From an uncultured Porphyromonadaceae bacterium (GTDB taxonomy: Bacteria > Bacteroidota > Bacteroidia > Bacteroidales > Paludibacteraceae): a stretch of 64,000 bases of DNA. The stretch covers positions 4,250 to 68,249 of the forward strand of contig CASEAJ010000046.1 in NCBI GenBank assembly GCA_949285425.1, in the 5' to 3' direction. Positions 52,026-61,705 of the stretch are shown here, piece by piece; positions within the stretch are counted from its first letter, which is position 1; the number at the start of each line of letters is the position of its first letter. The notes beneath the pieces are model-generated. The model made no database searches. It had not been told where the DNA came from and saw only the letters and a list, made by a program, of their open reading frames with translations. Both the position numbers and the translations under genes were made by a program.

Positions 52026-52098
52026 CAAAGATAATGCAAATGAGGGCAAAATAAGTCAAGCGGCTTGACTTATTTTGCCGAGTACAGCTTTATCTTAT
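52026..52098. repeat. ~75-bp promoter-bearing hairpin element
   Basis: caaagataatgcaaatgag + perfect stem ggcaaaataagtcaagc/gcttgacttattttgcc + gagtacagctttatcttat; TATCTTTG faces fur. Confidence 0.85.
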
Positions 52099-52160
52099 CA
52101 TTTTTTCAGAAAATTCCATCTGTCATTTCCGCCTGCTGTTCATGTCGTTTCAGCATCATG

Positions 52161-52254
52161 TTCTTTTTTCACATAGGTGAAAAGCATTTTTCACATAGGT
52201 GAAACATATTTTTCACATAGGTGAAAAGCTTTTTTCATATAGGTGAAAAAAGAA
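52161..52254. repeat. 4 x 22-bp palindromic tandem array, family B (second locus)
   Basis: Cores at 52169, 52191, 52213, 52235; same 94-bp length and ends as 23724-23817. Confidence 0.92.
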
Positions 52255-52404
52255 CTTTATCGGCAAAAGTGCACGACTTCGTCAGTACCGATGCACGACA
52301 CCGAAAGCGGCGACCATCCCTCACATGCTGTTTTCCAACGAAAGAGCCACTGAGATTAACGAAAAATTTCTCTAATTATACTTCTTCATCCGTGAAAAAA
52401 TGTT

Positions 52405-52412
52405 TAATTTTG
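52405..52412 (+). promoter_or_regulatory. -7 box of the nqr operon promoter
   Basis: TAATTTTG about 170 nt upstream of nqrA. Confidence 0.55.
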
Positions 52413-52585
52413 CGGTGTTTTTTTCAAGAATCATATTTTGCTGAAAATCAACTACGACCAGTTATTCATGCCGAAAAAAACAGTGGACGTGCATCTGCGG
52501 ATAAGTTGCCAACTGTTGTCTATCGGCAACCGATAACCGTTGCCGTTGAACGACGAACAAACTATCATTATTATATATAATAAAT

Positions 52586-53968
52586 ATGGCGAACCTAATT
52601 AAGACTAAACGTGGTTTGGACATTGAAATCAGCGGGAAAGCTCAAGAAACCATTGGCAGCGCCCTGCCTTCGGAAGTAATTGCTATCATTCCCGACCATT
52701 ATCACGGCATAGTGCCGAAAGTAATGGTGAAAGCCGGTGAAAAAGTAAAAGCCGGTACGGCTGTATTTCATGACAAAACAGTTGAAAGCATGAATTTCGT
52801 ATCGCCCGTAAGCGGTGAAGTTATTGCCGTGAACCGTGGTGAAAGACGAAAAGTGTTGAGCATTACCATTGCTCGCGACTCAGTAATCGAATACGAAAAA
52901 TTCGATTTCAAACCCCTCGAACAACTTTCGGGAGAAGAAGTGAAAGCCGCCCTGCTGCAAGCCGGGCTTTGGGCCTACATCAAGCAGCGTCCATACGATG
53001 TCATTGCCAATCCGGCAAAAACACCGAAATCCATCTTCATTTCCTCTTTCGATTCCGCTCCGCTGGCTCCGAACAACGAGTTTGTCATGCGAGGACAGTT
53101 CGATGACTTCCAGACCGGTATCAACGCTTTGGCCAAGCTGACTCCCGGAAAGGTACACCTCGGTTTAAAGGCCGGCAGCAAATCGACCGATTTCCGCATG
53201 ATACACGGTGTGGAATTTACCGAATATGAAGGTCCTCACCCAATTGGCAATGTAGGAGTACAAATCAACCACGTTGACCCCATAAACAAAGGGGAAACCG
53301 TATGGACAATTGGCGTGCAAGATGTGCTGTTCATCGGACGCTTGTTCAACAAAGGCATCGTCGACCTGTCGCGCCTTGTTGCATTGACCGGTCCCGAAGC
53401 CTACGAAACACAATACTACCGCACATTACCGGGAGCAAGCATTGCCCCTATCGTAAAAGGAAATGTACATACAGGCATTCCGTTGCGGTACATCAGTGGG
53501 AATGTACTCACCGGGATGCAGGTTGAAGCCGATGGTGTCATCGACCCCTACGCCACACAAATCACCGTACTTGATGAAGGTAGCGAAACGCACGAACTCA
53601 TCGGCTGGGCCATGCCCCGTTTCAACCGTTTCAGCAGTACGAACCTGTATTTCAGCAAACTGTTGAAATGCCCGCTCGTAGAAAAGGCTTTCGGAAAAGT
53701 GCAATTCAAGTGGGATGCGCGCCTCATGGGCGGACGCCGCGGTATCATCATGACCAATGAATATGACAAAGTGCTGCCGATGGACATTCTCCCCGAATTC
53801 CTCATCAAGGCCATGCTCGCCAAGAACATCGACAAAATGGAAAATCTCGGTGCCTACGAAGTGGCCCCCGAAGATTTTGCTCTCTGCGAGTTTGTCGACA
53901 CTTCAAAATTGCCGCTTCAGGCTATCGTTCGTGAAGCATTGGATTATTTAAAATCAGAAGTAGAATAA
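52586..53968 (+). CDS. nqrA: Na+-translocating NADH:quinone reductase subunit A
   Basis: KRGLDI, SPVSG, RGERR, GPHP.GNVG, EDFALCEFVDTSK. Confidence 0.96.
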   Translation: MANLIKTKRGLDIEISGKAQETIGSALPSEVIAIIPDHYHGIVPKVMVKAGEKVKAGTAVFHDKTVESMNFVSPVSGEVIAVNRGERRKVLSITIARDSVIEYEKFDFKPLEQLSGEEVKAALLQAGLWAYIKQRPYDVIANPAKTPKSIFISSFDSAPLAPNNEFVMRGQFDDFQTGINALAKLTPGKVHLGLKAGSKSTDFRMIHGVEFTEYEGPHPIGNVGVQINHVDPINKGETVWTIGVQDVLFIGRLFNKGIVDLSRLVALTGPEAYETQYYRTLPGASIAPIVKGNVHTGIPLRYISGNVLTGMQVEADGVIDPYATQITVLDEGSETHELIGWAMPRFNRFSSTNLYFSKLLKCPLVEKAFGKVQFKWDARLMGGRRGIIMTNEYDKVLPMDILPEFLIKAMLAKNIDKMENLGAYEVAPEDFALCEFVDTSKLPLQAIVREALDYLKSEVE

Positions 53969-53970
53969 TT

Positions 53971-55170
53971 ATGAGCGCATTAAGAAACTATATAGACAAA
54001 ATCAAGCCGAATTTTGAAAAAGGCGGCAAATTCGAAAAGCTTCACTCGGTGTTCGACGGATTTGAAACATTCCTTTTCGTTCCCAACACGACGTCAACAA
54101 AAGGAACACATATACACGACGCCACCGACTCAAAACGCACAATGATTATCGTTGTGCTCGCACTCATACCGGCCATGCTGTTCGGTATGTACAACGTAGG
54201 CTACCAGCACTTCATGGCCATTGGCGAAACAATGGGATTCTGGGGCACATTCTTTTTCGGCTTCCTTGCCGTATTGCCGCTGATTCTCGTTTCGTATATC
54301 GTCGGTTTGGGAATCGAGTTCATCTCGGCACAAATAAAGGGTCATGAAATACAGGAAGGTTTTCTTGTAAGTGGTTTTCTCATTCCGCTTATCGTTCCGG
54401 TTGACACTCCACTGTGGATGGTTGCCGTAGCCACTGCGTTTGCCGTTATCTTCGCCAAAGAAGTGTTCGGCGGAACCGGCATGAACATATTCAACGTAGC
54501 GCTGGTTACCCGCGCATTCCTGTTCTTCGCCTATCCTACCGCCATGTCGGGCGACCAAGTCTGGGTTCGTACCAAATCGGCTTTCGGTTTCGGAGGAGGT
54601 GAAGCCATTGATGCTTTCTCGGGAGCAACTCCCATGGGACAGGTAGGAACGGCTGCAACATCTGCCGTTGACCTCACCGGCATTGTGGGACAACCTTTGA
54701 ACTTCTGGGATGGGGTTATCGGACTGATACCCGGTTCTGTTGGAGAAACATCAATCATTGCCATTGCATTAGGAGCACTTCTCCTGCTCATCACCAAGGT
54801 TGCAAGTTGGAAAACCATGTTGTCCGTATTCCTCGGAGGTGCGTTCATGGGATTCATATTCAACCAGTTCGGACCTGACACTGCCGTTGCCAATTTCCCG
54901 TGGTACAATCATCTGGTATTTGGCGGATTCGCATTCGGAGCTGTGTTCATGGCAACCGACCCGGTAACTTCGGCACATACCGAAACCGGGAAATGGATAT
55001 TCGGATTCCTCATCGGTGCTCTGGCCATCATTATACGAGTACTTAACCCGGGATATGCGGAAGGTATGATGCTCGCCATCCTGTTCATGAACATGTTTGC
55101 CGGATTGATTGACTACTATGTGGTACAGGCAAACATCAAGAGAAGACTGAAACGTGTAACGACAAAATAA
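53971..55170 (+). CDS. nqrB: Na+-NQR subunit B
   Basis: KEVFGGTGMN, SGATP FMN-Thr site, MATDPVT, EGMMLAIL. Confidence 0.96.
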   Translation: MSALRNYIDKIKPNFEKGGKFEKLHSVFDGFETFLFVPNTTSTKGTHIHDATDSKRTMIIVVLALIPAMLFGMYNVGYQHFMAIGETMGFWGTFFFGFLAVLPLILVSYIVGLGIEFISAQIKGHEIQEGFLVSGFLIPLIVPVDTPLWMVAVATAFAVIFAKEVFGGTGMNIFNVALVTRAFLFFAYPTAMSGDQVWVRTKSAFGFGGGEAIDAFSGATPMGQVGTAATSAVDLTGIVGQPLNFWDGVIGLIPGSVGETSIIAIALGALLLLITKVASWKTMLSVFLGGAFMGFIFNQFGPDTAVANFPWYNHLVFGGFAFGAVFMATDPVTSAHTETGKWIFGFLIGALAIIIRVLNPGYAEGMMLAILFMNMFAGLIDYYVVQANIKRRLKRVTTK

Positions 55171-55180
55171 ACAAGAAACT

Positions 55181-56014
55181 ATGGCAACTAAAAAATATAG
55201 ATGTAAAGTGTGCGGGTATATACATGAAGGAGATAAAGCTCCTGAAAAGTGCCCCGTATGCCAAGCTCCTGCATCAGAGTTTGAACTGATTGAGGATGGA
55301 GGCAAAGCAAAGAAAGGCATCGACAAAAACGGCAATGCCTACATAATGGTCTACACGATAGCCATTGTCGTCATTGTAGCGTTGGTACTTTCTATCACTT
55401 CGGGGGCTTTGAAGAGCCGCCAAAACGCCAACGTAGAACTGGACAAGAAAAAACAAATACTCTCGTCACTGCCGGCCGTTGCGCTTGAAGGTGCCGATGC
55501 GGCAAAACTGTTCGCTGATGACATCAAGCATATATATATATTGAACGGGCAAGGCGATGTAGTCAAAGAACTTGATCCGGTAAAAGACTTCAACTATGTT
55601 CCGGCATCAGAAGAATATTTAATTTACATGGCCGAAGTCAATCAGGAAACAAAATGGATTATCCCTCTGAACGGTAAAGGACTTTGGGGTGCCATTTGGG
55701 GGTATATTGCTCTGAATGATGACCGCAACACGGTTAACGGCGTATTCTTCTCGCATGCCAGTGAAACTCCCGGGTTGGGAGCCAACATTGTAACTCCCGC
55801 TTTCCGCGGACAGTTTGAAGGCAAACAATTAATGAAAGACAACAAGTTCGTTTCCATTGCCGTAATGAAAGTCGGACAAACCGCACAAGGTCAAGACCAG
55901 GTGGATGCTCTCTCCGGAGGTACTATCACCAGTAAAGGGGTCGAATCCATGCTCTTGAACAGCATCGCTCCGTATGAACCATTCTTGAAAAAGGCGGCTG
56001 GCATAACTAAATAA
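55181..56014 (+). CDS. nqrC: Na+-NQR subunit C with N-terminal rubredoxin-like domain
   Basis: CKVC-x12-CPVC, then TM anchor, GKGLWG, ETPGLG, DALSGGTITS FMN-Thr site. Confidence 0.93.
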   Translation: MATKKYRCKVCGYIHEGDKAPEKCPVCQAPASEFELIEDGGKAKKGIDKNGNAYIMVYTIAIVVIVALVLSITSGALKSRQNANVELDKKKQILSSLPAVALEGADAAKLFADDIKHIYILNGQGDVVKELDPVKDFNYVPASEEYLIYMAEVNQETKWIIPLNGKGLWGAIWGYIALNDDRNTVNGVFFSHASETPGLGANIVTPAFRGQFEGKQLMKDNKFVSIAVMKVGQTAQGQDQVDALSGGTITSKGVESMLLNSIAPYEPFLKKAAGITK

Positions 56015-56032
56015 CAAAGGAGGAAAAAGAAT

Positions 56033-56656
56033 ATGAAAAGCGATAAATTTAAAGAAACCCTGCTCGGCCCGTTAAACAAGAACAACCCGGTAGTTGTACA
56101 AGTATTGGGTATTTGCTCGGCTTTGGCTGTAACCGTAGAGTTGAAACCGGCCATCGTAATGGGACTTTCGGTAACTGTCATAGTTGCCCTGGCCAACGTA
56201 ATCATATCATTGTTGCGCAACACCATTCCAAACAATGTGCGCATCATCGTACAATTGGTTGTGGTAGCCGCCGTCGTTACCGTTGTAAGTGAAATATTGA
56301 AAGCATTTGCTTATGATGTCAGCGTACAATTGTCGGTATACATTGGTCTTATCATTACAAACTGTATTCTAATGGGACGTCTCGAAGCGTTTGCCATGGG
56401 CAACAAACCTTGGGATTCGCTGCTCGATGGTCTCGGAAACGGGATCGGATATTCATGGATACTGATTGCCGTGGCATTCGTCCGCGAATTGCTGGGTAGC
56501 GGCAAACTGTTCGGTTTCCAGGTAATACCCGAATGTTTCTACGAAGCAGGATATACAAACAACGGTTTAATGCTGATGCCGTCCATGGCTTTGATACTCG
56601 TAGCCTGCATCATCTGGATACACCGTTCAGTGAACAAGGATTTACAAGAAAAATAA
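56033..56656 (+). CDS. nqrD: Na+-NQR subunit D
   Basis: NNP..VQVLGICSALAVT, GLIITNCILMGRLEAFA. Confidence 0.96.
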   Translation: MKSDKFKETLLGPLNKNNPVVVQVLGICSALAVTVELKPAIVMGLSVTVIVALANVIISLLRNTIPNNVRIIVQLVVVAAVVTVVSEILKAFAYDVSVQLSVYIGLIITNCILMGRLEAFAMGNKPWDSLLDGLGNGIGYSWILIAVAFVRELLGSGKLFGFQVIPECFYEAGYTNNGLMLMPSMALILVACIIWIHRSVNKDLQEK

Positions 56657-56672
56657 GAAATTCACATAAGAT

Positions 56673-57317
56673 ATGGAACACGCATTAACATTATTCGTCC
56701 GCTCTATATTCGTGGACAACATGATTTTCGCATTCTTCCTCGGAATGTGTTCATACCTGGCCGTGTCGAAGAACGTGAAAACTTCAATAGGACTCGGTAT
56801 TGCAGTAACATTCGTGCTTCTCATCACTCTGCCGGTAAACTACCTGCTCGAGACTAAGGTACTCAGCAAAGGCGCACTTTCCTGGCTGGGCGATGGTTTT
56901 GCCGATCTCGATTTAAGCTATTTGAGCTTCATTCTGTTCATTGCAGTAATTGCTGCCATTGTACAGTTGGTTGAAATGGTGGTTGAAAAATTCTCACCTT
57001 CACTGTATGCATCGTTGGGTATATTCCTGCCTCTGATTGCCGTTAACTGTGCCATCATGGGGGGAGCCCTTTTCATGCAGCAGCGCGTCGGACTGGAACC
57101 GACCGACCCTAAAGCCCTTACCAACATGCTCGACGTAGTTGCCTATGCCTTGGGTTCCGGTATCGGTTGGGCACTGGCCATTGTCGGTCTGGCCTCCATA
57201 CGCGAACGCCTGGAGTACAGCGATGTGCCGGCTCCGTTGAAAGGGCTGGGCATTACGTTCATCACCGTTGGGTTGATGGCTATGGCTTTCCTCTGCTTCT
57301 CCGGATTGGAAATTTAA
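56673..57317 (+). CDS. nqrE: Na+-NQR subunit E
   Basis: [31 protein letters not shown]. Confidence 0.96.
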   Translation: MEHALTLFVRSIFVDNMIFAFFLGMCSYLAVSKNVKTSIGLGIAVTFVLLITLPVNYLLETKVLSKGALSWLGDGFADLDLSYLSFILFIAVIAAIVQLVEMVVEKFSPSLYASLGIFLPLIAVNCAIMGGALFMQQRVGLEPTDPKALTNMLDVVAYALGSGIGWALAIVGLASIRERLEYSDVPAPLKGLGITFITVGLMAMAFLCFSGLEI

Positions 57318-57355
57318 ATGAAACAGAACGTTGAACGAAAAAGACTTATAAAATT

Positions 57356-58645
57356 ATGATGCTGTTAGAAATAAATTCATTGAGCCTCATTTCCAGTCTG
57401 GTGGTGTTCCTGGTGGTCATCATTCTGCTGGTGGTGATATTGCTCGTGGCTAAGAAGTACCTTGTGGCCTCCGGCAAGGTAAAAATACTCATGAACGGGG
57501 AGAAAGAAATGAATGTGGACGCCGGCGGTTCACTGCTGAGTGCCATGGCGAATGCCGGAGTCTTCCTGCCTTCGGCTTGCGGTGGAAAAGGTTCTTGTGC
57601 CCAATGTAAATGTCAGGTACTTGAAGGAGGTGGTGAAATACTGCCTACCGAACTGGTACACTTCAGCCGTAAACAGGTAAAGGACCACTGGCGGTTGGGT
57701 TGCCAGGTAAAAGTGAAAGGCGACCTTTCCATTAAGGTGCCCGAATCGGTACTCGGCGTGAAGGAATGGGAATGCGAGGTTATCAGCAACAAGAACGTGG
57801 CTACCTTTATCAAAGAATTCATCGTTGCATTGCCCAAAGGCGAACACATGGACTTCATTCCCGGTTCGTATGCCCAGATTAAAATTCCGGCATACAGCAT
57901 GGATTATGACAAGGACATAGACAAGAGCCTTATCGGTGACGAATACCTGCCGGCATGGCAAAAATTCGGCCTGTTCGGCCTGAAATGCCAGAACACCGAA
58001 GAAACCATACGTGCCTACTCCATGGCCAACTATCCGGCCGAAGGAGACCGCATCATGCTGACTGTGCGTATAGCCACACCGCCCTTCAAACCGAAAGAAC
58101 AGGGAGGCGGATTCCAGGATGTAATGCCGGGTATCGCCTCGTCGTACATTTTCACACTGAAACCGGGCGACAAGGTTATCATGAGCGGTCCTTACGGAGA
58201 CTTCCACCCCATATTCGATTCGAAGAAGGAAATGATGTGGATTGGCGGGGGCGCCGGCATGGCACCGTTGCGTGCGCAAATCATGCACATGACCAAGACC
58301 CTGCACACCACCGACCGCAAGATGTCATACTTCTACGGTGCACGTGCGCTGAACGAAGTGTTCTATCTCGAAGACTTCCTGCAGCTGGAAAAAGACTTCC
58401 CCAACTTCTCGTTCCACCTGGCACTCGACCGCCCCGACCCTGCTGCCGATGCCGCTGGAGTGAAGTACACACCGGGATTCGTGCATAACGTGATTTATGA
58501 AACTTACCTCAAGAACCACGAGGCACCCGAAGACATCGAATACTACATGTGCGGCCCCGGCCCTATGAGCAAAGCCGTAGAAGGCATGCTCGACAGCCTC
58601 GGTGTGCCGGCCGAAAACCTGATGTACGACAACTTCGGAGGATAA
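57356..58645 (+). CDS. nqrF: Na+-NQR subunit F
   Basis: CGGKGSCAQC..C 2Fe-2S site, RAYSMAN, GGGAGMAP, YMCGP, DNFGG. Confidence 0.97.
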   Translation: MMLLEINSLSLISSLVVFLVVIILLVVILLVAKKYLVASGKVKILMNGEKEMNVDAGGSLLSAMANAGVFLPSACGGKGSCAQCKCQVLEGGGEILPTELVHFSRKQVKDHWRLGCQVKVKGDLSIKVPESVLGVKEWECEVISNKNVATFIKEFIVALPKGEHMDFIPGSYAQIKIPAYSMDYDKDIDKSLIGDEYLPAWQKFGLFGLKCQNTEETIRAYSMANYPAEGDRIMLTVRIATPPFKPKEQGGGFQDVMPGIASSYIFTLKPGDKVIMSGPYGDFHPIFDSKKEMMWIGGGAGMAPLRAQIMHMTKTLHTTDRKMSYFYGARALNEVFYLEDFLQLEKDFPNFSFHLALDRPDPAADAAGVKYTPGFVHNVIYETYLKNHEAPEDIEYYMCGPGPMSKAVEGMLDSLGVPAENLMYDNFGG

Positions 58646-58683
58646 AATCCACTGACTGGCCGGATGGCCGGACATACAAACAA

Positions 58684-58713
58684 GCGAGGGCGGATAAAAC
58701 TATCCGCCCTCGC
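58684..58713. terminator. Hairpin after nqrF
   Basis: gcgagggcggata / tatccgccctcgc. Confidence 0.7.
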
Positions 58714-58773
58714 TGCATCTGTGCCGGTTGTGCGCCGCGTAACGTCAAACCGTCGTTTGTCAGCCGCCAACTA

Positions 58774-59106
58774 CTATACGGCACTTTCGAGCACGCCCGT
58801 CACCAAGCTGACAATGATGCTGAAAAGCAACGCCCACCAGAAACTGTCGACGTGGAAACCGTTGACAAGCCAGCCTGCCAACAGGATAATCACCGTGTTG
58901 ATGACCAGCAGGAACAAGCCCAGCGTCATCACCGTAATGGGAAACGAAACGATTTGCAGGAACGGCTTGACAAATGCGTTCAGCAAGCCCAACACGATGG
59001 CCACCATAATGGCCGTGCCGTAGCCATTGACCGAAATGCCCGGCAACAGCCATGCCGTGAAATAGACGGCTACACTTGAAATGAGAATGTACAACAGGAT
59101 ACTCAT
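58774..59106 (-). CDS. YvlD-like 4-TM 'phage holin family' membrane protein
   Basis: LLNAFVKP.L....P....TLGLF..VIN, F.VDSFW.A. Confidence 0.88.
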   Translation of the reverse strand: MSILLYILISSVAVYFTAWLLPGISVNGYGTAIMVAIVLGLLNAFVKPFLQIVSFPITVMTLGLFLLVINTVIILLAGWLVNGFHVDSFWWALLFSIIVSLVTGVLESAV

Positions 59107-59271
59107 AGCTTCTTTCTTTTTAATTTTTCCTATTAGTTCTATCGCATTCTATAACAATCGGGCCGCTCATATTGTTCACATGCTGCGGCAACCGCCCTTT
59201 CCCGGCTGGCTATACCACCCGACCATTGCACCCACCTGCGCCTTGTGGAATGACGCACTTGTGCCGTTGGT

Positions 59272-59386
59272 TATCACGGACGTCCGTCGTAAGTCATCAC
59301 GGACGTCCGTCGTAAGTCATCGCGCACGTCCGTCGTAAGTCATCGCGCACGTCCGTCGTAAAGCATCGCGCACGTCCGTCGTTTCA
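59272..59386. repeat. 5 x 23-bp tandem array, family D
   Basis: catc(acgg/gcgc)acgtccgtcgtaagt units at 59272, 59295, 59318, 59341, 59364; core palindrome ACGGACGTCCGT. Confidence 0.95.
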
Positions 59387-59417
59387 AGGGGGTCACGTCC
59401 CCGTCTGTCTGCATACA

Positions 59418-59456
59418 ACGAGGGGCGGGTGGAACCTTTCTCCACCCGCCCCTCGT
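59418..59456. terminator. GC-rich hairpin after the DUF5103 gene
   Basis: acgaggggcgggtgga / tccacccgcccctcgt. Confidence 0.7.
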
Positions 59457-59475
59457 GCGGCCTGCCTGCCAATGG

Positions 59476-60732
59476 TCACTCGATGGTCTCCACTCCTACC
59501 AACTTGTCGTAGCGTCCGCCCCACGGACGATGATAGACGTAGATAGTATATTCGTTGCGGGCTTCCCAAAAACTGCCTTCTACCCTCTCCACGCTGGCGC
59601 GGCTTCCGCCCTTGGGCAGGAACCAGTACTGGTAGTTGTAGCCTCCCTGCTTGAGCAGAAGGGTCTTGAAATATCGTCCCGAATTGAAATCGTACTGCAT
59701 GCGCGACGCCTCATTGAGCAGGTTGTAGTTCCAGTCGCCGCCTATGTATATCTGCCCGTCGAAGAAGGGCTCGTCGCGCGGGATGCTGAAGTGCACGTTG
59801 ATGTAGTCGGCATCGGTGTCAAGGTCGAAATGTGACTCCTGCAGGTTGATGACGTATCGCCCGTTCACATCGGGCTCGGTGATGTAGACACGGTTAGGCT
59901 GTATCTGGTCTTCATACAGATAGGCATCGTAGTGCTGTCGGTCATACTCCATGCGCTCTATCTGGTTGGTCCCGGTGTAGACCGACGAAATGTCGAAGCG
60001 GTGATACTCGTTGCCTCCCTCGAAAATGAGTGCCTTGTTGTTGATGTAGCTGAGGCGGTCGCCCTGCAGATAGGTGGGCTTGAGGCCGCTCACCTCGTTG
60101 TCGTAACGGTTGTTCTGACGCACGGTCACCTTGATTTCCTCGCGCGGGTCGCTCACCGCGTAGCTGCCAAGGTCAATTTCGAAGTCGAGCTGCTGCAGGC
60201 GTCCGCTGAGCTCCGTGTCGGTGTTGCCGCGTATGCTCCCGCTAATGCCCACATGGGGTTCAACCACCGAAAAGCATACCTGCGCCACGGGACGGTCCTG
60301 CTCGCCATCCTCGTACACCTGCAGCACGTAGTTGCCCGAAAGGGTAAAACTCATATCCTCGTTGGGCACCGACAGCTTGTAGTTGGTGTAGATGTAGGTG
60401 GTTGTGGTGGAGGTGGCGTATTCGGAAATGATGCCGGTGGGGAAACCGGCGAGGTATTCGGTCGATGAGAGCGAAGAGGGTGTCCAGTCGGCATTGCAGT
60501 GAAACACGCGGTAACTGTACGAGCGGATGTCGTGCGACATTTCATCAAACTGTATGTTGAGCACGTCCGTTCCGCCGAGCGTGAGCAGGGGCAGGTCGAA
60601 CGGACGGTCGTTGAGCCGCACCTGCAGTGTCTTTATGTTGGGGGCAAGCGTGGCGGTTCGATAAGGGGCCTGAGCCACCGCAGCAAGCACACAAAAGCAC
60701 AGCCCGAAAGCTGTCACAAAGTTCTTGTTCAT
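59476..60732 (-). CDS. DUF5103 family protein (T9SS plug-like)
   Basis: Signal peptide, HCNADW, SGNY, QNNRYD, GGNEY, LKQGGYNYQY, NEY...VY.R..G.RYD. Confidence 0.8.
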   Translation of the reverse strand: MNKNFVTAFGLCFCVLAAVAQAPYRTATLAPNIKTLQVRLNDRPFDLPLLTLGGTDVLNIQFDEMSHDIRSYSYRVFHCNADWTPSSLSSTEYLAGFPTGIISEYATSTTTTYIYTNYKLSVPNEDMSFTLSGNYVLQVYEDGEQDRPVAQVCFSVVEPHVGISGSIRGNTDTELSGRLQQLDFEIDLGSYAVSDPREEIKVTVRQNNRYDNEVSGLKPTYLQGDRLSYINNKALIFEGGNEYHRFDISSVYTGTNQIERMEYDRQHYDAYLYEDQIQPNRVYITEPDVNGRYVINLQESHFDLDTDADYINVHFSIPRDEPFFDGQIYIGGDWNYNLLNEASRMQYDFNSGRYFKTLLLKQGGYNYQYWFLPKGGSRASVERVEGSFWEARNEYTIYVYHRPWGGRYDKLVGVETIE

Positions 60733-60756
60733 GAGCTGATGGTTTTAAAGGTTAGG

Positions 60757-61656
60757 TCAATGGAACAGATGCAGGAAGTTCCTGGGCACGGGCGTCTCGA
60801 AGTGCACGGGTTTCTTCGTCACCGGATGGGTGAATTCCAATATGCGGGCATGCAGTGCAAGCCGGCCTATGGGGTTCGTCTTCGCACCGTAACGCTTGTC
60901 GCCGATAACGGGGTGTCCAATCGACTGCATGTGCACGCGTATCTGGTTCTTGCGGCCCGTGGCCAGTTCGATTTCGAGCAGCGAGTAGTCGTCGTTCGAC
61001 TTGATGACCCGGTAGTGGGTCACAGCCTGCTGCCCTCCGTTGTCGACCGGGCTGGAATGCACCTTGAGCGATTTTTCATTCTCCGTAAGCCAGCTCACTA
61101 TGGTATCTTCCTGGCGTTCCATGCGGCCTTCGACCACAGCCACGTAAATGCGTTTCTTCACATCGGTGTGCCAGTTTTCCTGCAAGGCGAGCTGCACGCT
61201 GCGGTCCTTGGCAAACACGAGCACACCCGAGGTTTCGCGGTCGAGCCGGTGCACGGTGTAGATGCGGTTGAACTTGGAGGCTTTCAGCACATGTTTCTTG
61301 AGTATGGAGTAAGCGGTGAGCTCGTTTCCGTTGTCGGTCCTGACCGTCAGCAAGTTTTCCTTCTTCTCTATCACAATCAGGTAGGGGTCTTCGAATATCA
61401 CCCGCACTTTCGGGTGCATCAGTTCGGTGTTGCCGCGTTCGCTGCTCACGGTGACCACGTCGCCCGGCTTCAGCAGAGTATTATATTGCGTCGTCACTTC
61501 CGCATTGACCGACACTTGCCGGTGCGACAAAAGCGCCTTCACCGAATTGCGTTTCATGCCTCCCATCTTGGCCAGCAGGAAGTCCATCAGTTCCATAGGT
61601 TCCGACACATTGAGGCGGGTTTGCCTCACAGCCGGTTTTCTGTCGTTCATTCTCAT
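60757..61656 (-). CDS. RluA/RluD family pseudouridine synthase with S4-like N-terminus
   Basis: VHRLDRETSG, TGRKNQIRVH, GDKRYG, LHA. Confidence 0.93.
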   Translation of the reverse strand: MRMNDRKPAVRQTRLNVSEPMELMDFLLAKMGGMKRNSVKALLSHRQVSVNAEVTTQYNTLLKPGDVVTVSSERGNTELMHPKVRVIFEDPYLIVIEKKENLLTVRTDNGNELTAYSILKKHVLKASKFNRIYTVHRLDRETSGVLVFAKDRSVQLALQENWHTDVKKRIYVAVVEGRMERQEDTIVSWLTENEKSLKVHSSPVDNGGQQAVTHYRVIKSNDDYSLLEIELATGRKNQIRVHMQSIGHPVIGDKRYGAKTNPIGRLALHARILEFTHPVTKKPVHFETPVPRNFLHLFH

Positions 61657-61705
61657 TGATTTCCTATTGTTTTGTTTCGTTATTTTTCATAATGACAAAG
61701 TCCGT

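Noticed and set aside
52026-52045. Fur box upstream of fur
   Set aside because: GATAATG is only a half match and belongs to a repeat also found upstream of unrelated genes.
58774-59106. Prophage lysis module
   Set aside because: YvlD-like protein stands alone, with no endolysin, integrase or structural genes.
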